A stretch of 59,865 nucleotides of DNA, filler included, from Basidiobolus ranarum (lineage: Eukaryota), in NCBI GenBank assembly GCA_040143965.1. It is 4 parts of 4 records of this genome, joined end to end, with 100 filler letters (N's around TTAATTAATTAA, not from the genome) between each part and the next. Parts side by side here need not be neighbours in the genome. Positions count along the whole stretch, not along the records: positions 45,003 to 59,865 come from JASJQH010000408.1; 3 more parts are not named here. One strand, written 5' to 3'. Shown here piece after piece: positions 49,204 through 59,865 of the stretch. The stretch's first letter is position 1. Every line of letters starts with the position of its first letter. The notes beneath the pieces are model-generated. The model saw nothing but the letters and a program-made list of their open reading frames with translations, did not search any database and was not told where the DNA came from. Made by a program: the position numbers and the translations under genes.

Positions 49204-51892
49204 ATGGGTTTCCACACAAAAGCTCTTCTCGTATTAGCCTCTGCTTGCTTGGTACTTAATTTCTCTGCAGCCTTTGATGTAAGTCATCCAGTTCATAGGT
49301 TAAAGGATCCAAAGCCTATCAAACTAACTCTCTTTTGAACTATCTGAAGGCCAGTTGCAACAACAATCTTGTAGCATGTACGTACACCTTGAAAGACTGA
49401 GGAGATCCTCATGTATATGCATTTACTTACTATTCCATTCTCTAGATTGGTAATTTGTAATCTTGGCTGAGCATATAGACTCCGATTCTAAACTAGTGGT
49501 TTCTCTTTTTCCCATTGCTATCTCCATCAATTCTAGGGGTCAAAACAGTTATGGCGGTGGAGGCGGTGACTCTAGTGGCTGGCAGAAGAACCTCGCCTAC
49601 TATTGCCAAGACGACACCATTGATATCATCCCTGTTTGTTAGTTTCCTCTCATTTGATGATTTCAAAGTATGAGTGTACTGACTTCCTTCAAGCATTTTT
49701 AAACACATTCTTTGGCAAAGGTGGATTTCCTGAGCTTAACTTGGCCAATGTAAGTCCATCATCACCATAGGCTATTTCACACGAAACTAATCCGATGAGT
49801 TTCCTGGTAGACTTGCAACATGAAAGATAATGCTACTTTCCCGAACACTAATATGGTCAATTGCCCAAGCATTGGTGATGACATTAAATTCTGCCAATCG
49901 CGTGGTAAATCTGTTATCCTTTCACTCGGAGGTGCTGGTGGTTCGTATGGATTTCAAGACGATACCCAAGCCAAGAACTTCGCTACTCAAGTTTGGTTAG
50001 TAGCCTTTGAGTTGTAAATTCAAATAAGAAGTTGACGCTTAAACGGGGTACTTTTAGGAACTTATTTCTGGGTGGTAAATCAGACACCAGGCCATTTGGT
50101 AGTGCTGTTCTAGATGGCATTGATCTCGATATCGAAGGTGGTGGCCCTACAGGTTACGTTGCGTTTGTCAACCAACTCCGTTCCTATTATCAACAAGATA
50201 CCAGTAAGAAATATTTGATTGTGGCTGCACCTCAATGTGTTTACCCTGGTATGTTACCTTTACACCATTACCCAAGACTTGGCCAATGAGTTCTGATGAT
50301 CCGATATTTAGATGGGCAACTTGGTAGCACTTTAAATAATGCTTGGTTCGATCTCGTCTTTGTGCAGTTTTACAATAATCCTTGTAAGTTGTCGAACTTC
50401 TCTTCACAAGTACTGGAAACTCTTCAGTAATACGTATGTTCGGTCAATTAGGTGGATTGCAGTACTACAACAATTACCAAGCCTGGAACTTCGGTATCTG
50501 GGATTACTGGGCTACCCATATTTCACCCAATCCCAATGTTAAGATATATATTGGTGCTCCTGCTGCGCCAAAAGCTGCTGGATCAGGGTAAGTATCGACG
50601 TTATTGCATATTCCTTATCTATCCATTAACATTCTTGACCACTACTAGCTATGTGTCCATTGACCAGCTAAAGACTATTGCCCAAGAAACGCGTGCTAAC
50701 TTCTCTAGCTTCGGTGGAGTGATGTTCTGGGATGCATCGCAGGCTTGGGGTAATAGTGTTGGAGGGGGAAATTATGGTCAAGCAACTAAACAGGTAAATC
50801 CATTTACTGCAAACATAGAGCGTCATAGTTGCTTTCAACAACTCATTTTGAATCAACATTCAACTAAACCAACCTATTTAGTTCCTCAAAAATGGTGGTG
50901 GCTGCAATGTGAAACCCAACCTTCCATCTTGTAACTCGGCTCCAGTTTGGACTCAAGCTGGTTCATACCCTGGTGGTTCGGTGGTTTCATATAGCGGATA
51001 TATTTGGAAAGCTCTCTGGTGGACCCAAGGACAGGCACCTGGTACTACAGCTGGATATTGGAGTGCCCTAAGTGGATGCTCTGGTAACAGCGCTAGTTCA
51101 ACCATTACCTCAGCCACTTCGACAACCACTACTGCTTCGTCTCCTATCACAACATCTGCCACATCAACTACTGCTAAGTCAACCTCGAATGTACCCACCA
51201 CCACCTCTACAACTTCTGTACCTACTACCACCCAAACTCCTGGTGGTTCATGTGCCAATGTAGCTGCTTGGAGCTCAAGTGTTGCTTACAATGGGGGTCA
51301 AAAGATCAGTTACAATGGTCATCTCTGGCAGGCAAAATGGTGGACACAAAATGACACACCTGGAAACAATGGTCAGAATGTTTGGACTGATTTAGGTTCC
51401 TGCACTTCCATTCGTAGAAGATCACGTCGTGGAATCCCCGAAGTTGATATTGGCCCTGCTACTAAACCAACGGACTTTTTGGTAGAGAAAGCCATTGGTA
51501 ATTTCTTGGTCACTTTTAGTAACCTCAAACTTGAGTCCAATGAGTTCCAAATGGGAGTAAGTACTCTATCATCAAGTACGTACACACAGTTTTTCCATTG
51601 CTAACTGCTTTCACATCATTGTCAGATCAAGATTACTTCCCAAAAGCCAGGTAATGCTATTTCCGATCAATGGAAGCTTTCTTTTCCCTTTGATTCTACC
51701 GTAGTTAGCGTTAATGGAGCCAATTCTGGACAAAACCAAGGAACTCTGGTTTTATCTGCAGCCGCTCCTAAGGATGAAGTCAAAGCTACGCAATTCATGT
51801 CAGTATTCGTGGATATTAATGGAAAAGTCGATGCCAAATCCTTGGATAAATTCCCTTTCCCTGACATTAGCAAGGCCGTATTCTCATCCTAA
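49204..51892 (+). CDS. Secreted GH18 chitinase (class III / CTS1-like) with two CBM5/12 modules and a C-terminal domain
   Basis: Signal peptide, YWGQN, LSLGGA, catalytic [19 protein letters not shown] and FGGVMFWD. Two W-rich AxWWTQ modules are separated by an S/T linker, followed by an RRRSRR site. More than 10 introns. Confidence 0.94.
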
Positions 51893-52875
51893 ACTTATGA
51901 ATCCATTAACACCGATGATTCTAACGTTAACACATTATGAATCGGAGAAGTATTGAATAAACCACACATTGCTTAGTCAATGACTGAAACTCTAATCAGT
52001 ATTTGAGGCATCAAAGTAGCTCATCATTTTAATCACACAAAGTCATCAATTTGCATGGGCTAATACGATTATCATAAAGAAATTGTTATAGATACACATA
52101 GACCAACCAAATCTCTTAGGACAAAGTATTGCTTGGAAACCGCTCAATTTACAGAAAGTAGTAAGGATCTTCGAACTCGTTTTTCTTGATTTTACTAGTG
52201 TTTCCACTCTAGCAAGGACAGTTACTTTGCGGATAATTTCTAGTAAAGAATAGTCCAAATTTCAGATTTCCATGATTGAATATTCCATAAATCTTATGAT
52301 TGAAAGCGACATGGGAACCAATAACTGATTCCCATATGAGGAAATTCAATAATCTAAACACTTCATCCAGAGGTGATGGTATAAGCATAGAAAAATTAGG
52401 TGTACAATAATTGATATGAGAATTAGTGTAGTTCACGGCAAGATAGCACTTGACTTTGATGAGCAGAAAGTGTATGTGAGAAACATGGGCTTTCAGAAGC
52501 GTAGAGAGTTTAGTTCATATTATAATTTGTAGATATATGCTCTCCTAAAAATTTGTGTTCTCAGATTCATTCTTTGTTTGCATATTTTTTGTAACAACAG
52601 TTTAAACATTTCAGAATGTGTACAAGTAGATGAATATCATCTAAAATCGTTCCATAAATTTTCACTTCTATGCACACTCTATACTAATTTCCCAGCTTGA
52701 CACCTCCTTCACTAGTCACACTCAAACCCAAATGTTAACAATGATGCCATAAAATAGGACATTGAAGCTGTATATGTTTGTCCCAATTGATACCAAAAGT
52801 TGTATTTTAACTTCTACTGCTTTATTCCAGTAATTACTTGAATCAAACATGCACATCTTCTATGTATGACAAACT

Positions 52876-53187
52876 TTTTAAAATTAGCATTGCCTAATCA
52901 CCTATATAGTCATATATAGCTTAGTATTTAGCTATCCTATATTGAACTAAGATATCACCTCATGAGGAATTTCCTTAGAAGTTCTCAGATATATATATTT
53001 TTCAAAGAAGCCCCAAACTCTGCACATATGCTCCAGGGACCTCCTTAGCACATTCTACACAATAGTTTGCTTACATCTTGACAACACTATAAATGTTAAG
53101 TGAATACTCGATATATCAATAAGTGAAAACCACCAATTTCTCTATTTTCTCCAAACCACTTCTAACAGGCTCCCAAATACTTTAACA
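52876..53187 (-). mobile_element. Solo LTR copy 4
   Basis: Reverse-complement match to copies 1 and 3, ending ...CTCCCAAATACTTTAACA on the + strand. Confidence 0.8.
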
Positions 53188-53269
53188 GGTTATGAGCCCC
53201 AAGCTTACACTCTCTGTAATGTCTACTTCTCAAATTTATGGAACTTTTCCCTCTTCTGAAAAATTAGAC

Positions 53270-53431
53270 CAACTGTTCTCAAACTTGCCCAATACATATT
53301 CTGCACGTTGGTTTGTCTACTTCTTGACAAAAGTACAAATGTTAACTTACACTTAACAAAGCATTGAGTGAAAACTACCAATTCTTCTAGTTCTCAAAAT
53401 CACCTCCATCAACTCCCAAATTATATCAACA
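53270..53431 (-). mobile_element. Partial, more diverged LTR copy 5
   Basis: CTTGACAAAAGTACAAATGTTAACTTACAC...GTGAAAACTACCAATT...CTCCCAAATTATATCAACA matches the 5' half of the family. Confidence 0.7.
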
Positions 53432-55504
53432 TAATCTAGATTCACTCTTTCATATTCAAAAGACCTATAATGGTATTTATAAATCTCATACTTATCCTTT
53501 GGAGATATTTGTTGCCGAATATGATCCATTGAATTAAGTTGAATCCTTGGGCATCAAGATCATCCATGGAACTACTGTAGGTACCTAGTAAATATGGAGC
53601 CTTGGTAGATCATGAGTGGTATTTAGAAATCTGATGGATCCTATCAATGATGCTATGGAAGTCCCAGGAAAAGTATTTCGCTTAATTAATATACAACTGG
53701 AACATAAGAAATGTGATATCTTTAGCTCGGAAACGCTTTTATTTACTATCTTAATATTATCACCATCTGTCTTAGGTGTTGGAACCTTAGATTTGAAAGG
53801 TATTCCGGTAAGGTGGGTATACATATATATATCCCAAGTACCTGCTCTGAAGATCTAGTCGCATTGTTTTACCGCTTTCAGTATTAAGTAATCTAAGACA
53901 GGAAACATTTAATATGCATATTTCAGATGCGTAATCAGAAAATCTAATTTATCCGGAACGGGGTTGTCGATCATTTAAGGACAGTTTTCTGAAATACTCT
54001 ATCATATCAGCATGTTATTTTATTATTAGATATCGAACTGTGATAGTCTAATCACTTGAAATAATTCACGAAATCATAATTATGTGACGTCATTGAAATT
54101 TTTCATTTATATTTCAAATCCTCTACTGGAGGTCAGTTGGGTGGTGTGGCATCTACCTAAGCTTCTGAGGAACGGATTGGATGAAGACTTGAGTGGCAGG
54201 CTCCTGCTGGTGGGTCCGATTCATGTTGAGGACGTTGCTTTCGGGAGCCTGGTGTTGACATTGATCGATCGAATAATTAGAAGTACCAAGGCTATTAAAG
54301 ACCTGGGGAACGCGTGAGACTGGCAACAGAGTAACGAAAATCAAGCGCACTGGAGCAGCCCGAGGTTGGCAAGTCTGAAGGACTACCCATTTTTTGGCAT
54401 CATACTTAATAGACACTAAAAAAGAAAATCCCATTTGAAGGCAACTATCGGTTTAGTATGAATACCAATAAGATAGTTGTGAGCTGGGGGAATTATGAAT
54501 GTGGGCAAGGAATGTGGGCGAGAACTCTTTGTGTTTATGGTATATTATGATATTCCACAATGCCTAGTCCTATTAAAGCCAACATTCGTAGTGGTGTCGG
54601 TCAACGGTTTATTTCTGGGAAGGTAGAATCCAATCTAACTTACATGCCCAAATGTCGATAAATAAATTAAATCTAACTTCTTACCCAAATGTCTGGGTGA
54701 GTAGTACATGAAAACAGCATACGATGGAGTTGCAGTTAATTGATAACTTGGGAACAGAATGCATCATTAATAGTGATATTAAAAAATTTGCTGTAAAATA
54801 GAACATTGAATTCTGCCTATTTAGTCGTAATTTCGGGTTTGTTACTCATGTGTTACATGACTGTGAATCTGACATTCCAACGAGCCTGAGGTTTTGATTA
54901 GGTTAGTCAGATGACAATTCATTAAACAAATGAAATCCCTATATTCGGATCAGTAATACTATTTTCAACGTCTTATGAGACTGGACACCATGTACTGAAC
55001 AACACACTGGTAAGAGAACCTTACTAAGTTTCTAATTTATTGCTTATCTTTTCAGCAATTCCAATTTCTTTATTAGTGTATAACTTGATGGACACATCCG
55101 TCGGTTTTAGCAGTAGTTGTGTTTTAGAGGCACGCCAAGCTATTATATCCTTAACCATACCTTGCGCCTTGTATTCAAATGGTTCTTTGTAGAGGGAACA
55201 AAGAATAACTGTTATAACTAAAGTCTTTCTAATGTTGGAGTTAGTTTGCGGCTATATTCTCATTCAAAAACCGATACCATTTAGGCTATAGTGCCAAGCT
55301 GAAATTCACTTCAATCCTTCTTTTGATGAATATTAGATGCCCTTTTTTACTGGATCAACGTCATGCCCAAATTAGTTACAGTCTCTGTTTTTATCATATT
55401 TCCAGAGAACTGCCAGCTTGATCTAATTTACTAGCAACGTTAAATTTACATAAAAGCTCGCCAGTTTTGTTAATGTCGAGACAACAAACATTTTATTTTA
55501 CGCC

Positions 55505-56035
55505 ATGCCATTAATCATGCCTCGTCCACGTCCGTACTGCAAGGACGACCTCGGGAATGTACTGAACTTGACTCAATGTGTCATTTCACCAAAGCCTGGA
55601 ATTTTATTGGATCTAACTCAGTCGGTGAACTTGACGTTCATTTATAATGCATCTGCCGAATGTAACCCGTATGGAGATCATGCCCCTTGGCCAATTTATT
55701 TTAATCCTGAATCCAGAGGAGATCTTCTTGAGCTATCTAGGCCCGGAAGAGTGGGCTCTTCAAAATTGAGTCAACTGGAATTCGGAGACCTCCCGGACAT
55801 CTTACCATACACTAAATCCACCGCGAATTATAGTGGTTATTATCACATAATGAGTGAGTTTGAAAAGCCAGTTGACAACAAGTGGGCTGTTGGTTTAAAC
55901 CTAGGAAGACTCGAGTTTGAATGCATTGCTCCTCTTGATTACACGTATGTCAAGTCCAAGCCTGGTACTTCGAATGCTTCTGTCGTAAGGATTTCATATG
56001 CATTACTTGTATTCTGCGCAATGGCTTTCTTTTAG
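55505..56035 (+). CDS. Unknown Cys-containing protein with C-terminal hydrophobic (GPI-signal-like) tail, paralog A
   Basis: Intronless 176-aa ORF. It shares QCVISPKPG, SAECNPYGD, PVDN, CIAPL-YTYVKS and SNASV-RISYALLVFCAMA with paralog B. Confidence 0.75.
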   Translation: MPLIMPRPRPYCKDDLGNVLNLTQCVISPKPGILLDLTQSVNLTFIYNASAECNPYGDHAPWPIYFNPESRGDLLELSRPGRVGSSKLSQLEFGDLPDILPYTKSTANYSGYYHIMSEFEKPVDNKWAVGLNLGRLEFECIAPLDYTYVKSKPGTSNASVVRISYALLVFCAMAFF

Positions 56036-57470
56036 CAATCTCACGGAGATCTTATTCCTAAATGTAGAGCTAAATAATTCCCAAAAAGCATGCTCCGCCG
56101 GCATGCAACACGTATCGGTTCGACGCTCTTGCTCAGCCCTTATTCGTACTCCCAGTGTCAAATACTTCTCCACATAAAAGAACGCTGAAATGAAGTTCGT
56201 TAGATGCAAGGCTCGTTGCATGTTCCATTATGTAATTGTTAAAAATAAATTGCCAATTTTCTGTATACTTTGTGTAGTGCTTGGACGCATGTAATCGGTA
56301 TCACCAATTATCACAATGTGTCAACATAAAATTAGAACCATAGAGGTTGATAAAGTTTTCGAGACAAAGCAAAGCATTACACTACTTAATGGGAAGTGAT
56401 TTTATTAAGCAGTGTTTCATAGTATTACCAAGTAATTGTTGCTTTGCAAATAATCCAACGAAGCTTAAGCATTGCCTTCACTGCAAAGACGGCAGCCACT
56501 GGAAGAAACTTCGGTACCCATCAATTTGTGCTTACTCAATACTTTATATTGTTGGATGATATTGCCAACCATGCTATATTGCATGGATTAGAGATTTAGC
56601 AAAGTGCATCCGTTATGTAAGTTAACTGACACTAATACACCAGTTTTAGATGAAGTAGTATCAGTTGCTAATATACCCTCTACTTTGACACATACAAAGG
56701 TATAATGCTATGCTTTACAAGCTATGTCCTATTCATTGAACACAAAGAGTACCCAATGCTAACGCTAGTCATCCGAACAGGGCATCAACCGCACCGTTAA
56801 CAAGCATGGACTGCTACTCGTTTGTTATAAGGCCGTAATTCAGACATTCTAGTTGGCCTAACCCTAACTTTTAGTCAGTTAGCCAGATGATAACTCATTT
56901 AGCAAATGAAACCCCTATATTCCATATTTTATTTTCAATATCTATTCCATCAAGAGGTAGCATGCATTCAGAAACTCCAATCTCATTGTTAGCTTAGGAC
57001 TTGGTAGGTATTTCCATCAGTTTTGGCTATAGTTGTTATTTAGGAAAACGTCAGACCAGGCTGATTTCTATCATCAAATATACCTTTTCATATGCAAACG
57101 TTTCACTGTAGAATGAAAAAGAATAAGCGCCATAATTAAGATCCTGCTAATGTTGGAGTTCAGTTGAGGCAACGTTCTTATTCAAAAACTTATACCTATT
57201 TCGGCTGTAGTGCCAAGCTGAAATCCTTCTCAATCCTTCTTTTGATGCATATTGGATGCTCTTTTCTTTTTGATCGAGCCCATATGATAGAGCCCAAATT
57301 AGTAATGGTTTTTCTGTTTTTGTCATCTTCTAAGAACAATCAAATTGGCTTGATTTACTAGCAAAGTTAAATTGATACAAAAACCGCTTAATTTACTAGC
57401 GAAGTTGCATGGATATAAAAGCCCGCCATTTCTATTAATACTGAGACAACAAACAATTCCACTCTACACT

Positions 57471-57950
57471 ATGCAACGTAATATAGTTCACCGCTGTATG
57501 GATGATGTGGGCAACTTTATGCTGAGTTTACCTCAATGTGTCATTTCACCGAAGCCTGGAACTTTATTGAATTTAACTCAGCCCACGAAACTTGAATTCG
57601 TTTATGATAAATCCGCCGAATGTAATCCTTATGGTGACACTTCTCCTAGCCTGGGTTTATTTGAGGAGTTCGAAGGAAGAGGTATCATGGCAACTGGACT
57701 GAATGCATATGCCATGAGGAACAATAGCCTTTATCACAATATAACTATTGATATAGATCAGCCGGTTGACAACAGGTTGGCTGTTGGCTTACTTTTAACA
57801 CAACGTTCTAAGCCTGATACCGGTAACCCCTGGGTATGTATTGCTCCTCTTGAATACACTTACGTCAAGTCTAATTCTGCTACCTCCAATGCTTCTGTCG
57901 CAAGGATTTCGTATGCGTTACTCGTATTCTGCGCAATGGCTCTCTTCTAG
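57471..57950 (+). CDS. Unknown Cys-containing protein, paralog B
   Basis: ATG at the position homologous to paralog A, downstream of TATAAAAG. 159 aa with the same conserved blocks. Confidence 0.75.
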   Translation: MQRNIVHRCMDDVGNFMLSLPQCVISPKPGTLLNLTQPTKLEFVYDKSAECNPYGDTSPSLGLFEEFEGRGIMATGLNAYAMRNNSLYHNITIDIDQPVDNRLAVGLLLTQRSKPDTGNPWVCIAPLEYTYVKSNSATSNASVARISYALLVFCAMALF

Positions 57951-58325
57951 CAAAACCATGAAGATCTTATACCTAAATGTAGAATATAATTAATTCCCAA
58001 AATACGTTATCCATCAGTATATAACACTCTCGTTGACTCAAAGTTCTTGTTCGGTTTTCATTACTCCTGCTTTGCTGAATGGTTCTACTTCTAAATAAAT
58101 ATCTTCATAGTTACACATGTGCCTTATTTCATAATTGTTCCAAACAGATCTAAAATTCTCAGTACGGCTTTTGTGGGCTCCAGTAATACGGCTTAACTAT
58201 ATAATCTCTCGATCATGTTTAACTCCTATCTTGGTCTAAGATTGTCACTGCTTTCTAACTGTGTGATTTACTTCTTTCATTGCAAAACTTGTATGGCTGA
58301 AACAGTGAAATGGCTGGTATGGCAC

Positions 58326-58403
58326 AAATCAATAAGTGAAAACCATCAGTTCTTCTAGTTCTCAAAAAAACTTACTTCTAATAAACTCTCAAAACTACTT
58401 ACA
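58326..58403 (-). mobile_element. Short LTR fragment copy 6
   Basis: AATCAATAAGTGAAAACCATCAGTTCTTCTAGTTCTCAAAA matches the 5' part of the LTR family. Confidence 0.6.
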
Positions 58404-59865
58404 TACCTTAGTAAGTGATAGGGCTGGGAATTTCATAAAAACTTAGAATATTCTCATCAAAAAATATTTTCTTATAAAGAACTTCAAAATTATCATAGTG
58501 AAAATGTGAGATATTTCACTATGCTATTTGAAATATTTATGCATTTTGTAAGATTTAATAACACAAATTTCATTAATATGATACATGTTAAGTTTTTAGC
58601 CACTTGTATTTAAAATATTCATAATTAGAAATAAACATGGTATAGCCCTGTAATGCAGCCTGTAAATATGGCACTCTTAAGTAACCCAGCTTGTAAACAA
58701 GGTATTGGCCTGTAATTTTGGTCATAAGGGTAGAGTTATGGGGATGAAAAGGGAATGGGGTTGAGCAGGGGGTGAAAAGCACCAGGTGGTGTGAGCTTAA
58801 TTTAGCGTACATACTGATCTAAACAAACAATGTTATAAATAAGACATCAATCTTTAAAGATAGTGTGATATTGCAGTATCACATTCATATTTACCCTGAT
58901 GGTCATTGTAGTCAAGCTCTGAGGGTATGCATAATGTGTAAAGAGGAGGTGGTAAACAAAAAGGAATGTATTCAGAGTACTTCTAATGGACAATAAGACA
59001 GAAATCAGGAATAATAGGAATTAAGAAAGGTATTTTAGAGGCAAGGTACTGCTTCCTGAGATCTAGCTGGCACACTATAGCAACAATTGTAGGTTGTATT
59101 GTTTTTGTTGATAATTATTCTTTATTCAACATCTTAGTATCATTAATTATTGTAGATATATCAGAAACAGAGATCAATGTATCTATAGGGTTAGGTTTAT
59201 AGTAACTTCATTGGCCATCACTTATGCAAAGTGTGCTTAAAGAATATCAGGAGAATGTAAAGTCAGGCAAATGAAAAAATGTCAAAGATCCAGTAGGGAT
59301 AATTTGTCAGAAGTAAGATATACAGGTATAGAGAGAACAAAATTTGTTGATGAAGAAAGCTGGCAAATGATATAGCCCATGAGCCCTGACCCTATTCATT
59401 ATCTATCTGATGGCTTGAATAAGATATTGTGACAATACTAGATCATATCAGCAGTTAACTTGTTGATCAATATCATCAAGTTCTGAGGGTGTAAATATAG
59501 TGATGTGTCCAAGAAAAAAGTGGATAAAAAGTCTGGAACTTTACAGAACCATAGAAACAGTCAAGTACAGAACCCTAAACTGTTAAAGCAGGATACATTA
59601 GCAGAGCAGATATAACTAAAATATGTCCTGGGAATAGCAGTAGGTAACTATGTTACACCCTAACAAAAATAATATCACTTTATTCCAGATCAGATCCACC
59701 TTTCTGGATTGCAAAACCATCAGAGAACCATCACAATATTGGTGCCTTGCATTCTGTCATGATTCTGATCTTGGCATACTGATCCACTGCATATGGAACT
59801 CTTCTATTATTAGATTATGACATCATATCTACTGTGCCATCCCTTCTCGGCAATCTGGTGTCAGT

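Larger units (their letters stand above)
54870..58002 (+). repeat. Diverged tandem segmental duplication (units ~54870-56086 and ~56840-58002)
   Basis: Colinear matches in upstream DNA (e.g. CAAATGAAA-CCCTATATTC, CTAATGTTGGAGTT, TAGTGCCAAGCTGAAAT), in the ORFs and in the 3' flank (AGATCTTAT-CCTAAATGTAGA). Confidence 0.85.

Noticed and set aside
56859-56869. CTAACCCTAAC telomere/template-like word (a similar one lies at ~17643)
   Set aside because: Under two repeat units, and expected by chance.
58560-59865. CpG-poor terminal region with TGTTACACCC (LTR-end-like) at 59652
   Set aside because: Probably old repeat DNA, but there is no partner LTR, primer-binding site or protein motif to support a call.
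1-59865. CRISPR arrays, rRNA and tRNA genes
   Set aside because: No regularly spaced direct repeats, rRNA signatures or cloverleafs found by eye; a dedicated scan was not possible.

Overview
Eukaryotic DNA from an AT-rich, intron-containing fungus. It is most likely early-diverging (Zoopagomycota/Mucoromycota, possibly Basidiobolus-like), inferred from the protein sequences, short introns and a U12 AT-AC intron. The window is not contiguous: four ~14.9-kb contigs in decreasing size order (1-14911, 15012-29919, 30020-44902, 45003-59865) are joined by artificial 100-nt N44-TTAATTAATTAA-N44 spacers, so adjacency across spacers means nothing. Recognisable genes: CsbD-like protein, CreA/Mig1-like C2H2 factor, a long acidic disordered protein (cut), aspartic protease (cut), FAR-17a/AIG1-like membrane protein, NASP/Sim3 histone chaperone, head-to-head RPN6/RPN7, threonine synthase, OvoA-type sulfoxide synthase (cut), Ypk1-like kinase (cut), alpha/beta hydrolase, ornithine aminotransferase, ACS-family MFS transporter, RAD5 (cut), GH18 chitinase with two CBM5/12 modules, and a tandem pair of unknown Cys-containing proteins. 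Mobile DNA: a decayed intron-containing Fanzor1 gene next to a Tc1/mariner remnant, a copia RT fragment, and six copies of a ~320-bp TG...CA solo-LTR family. The most notable observations are an intron-bearing ovothiol-synthase-like gene in a fungus, the Fanzor relic, a minor-spliceosome AT-AC intron, and recurrent internal micro-inversions among the LTR copies. All family assignments come from manual translation and recalled motifs; no database searches were run.
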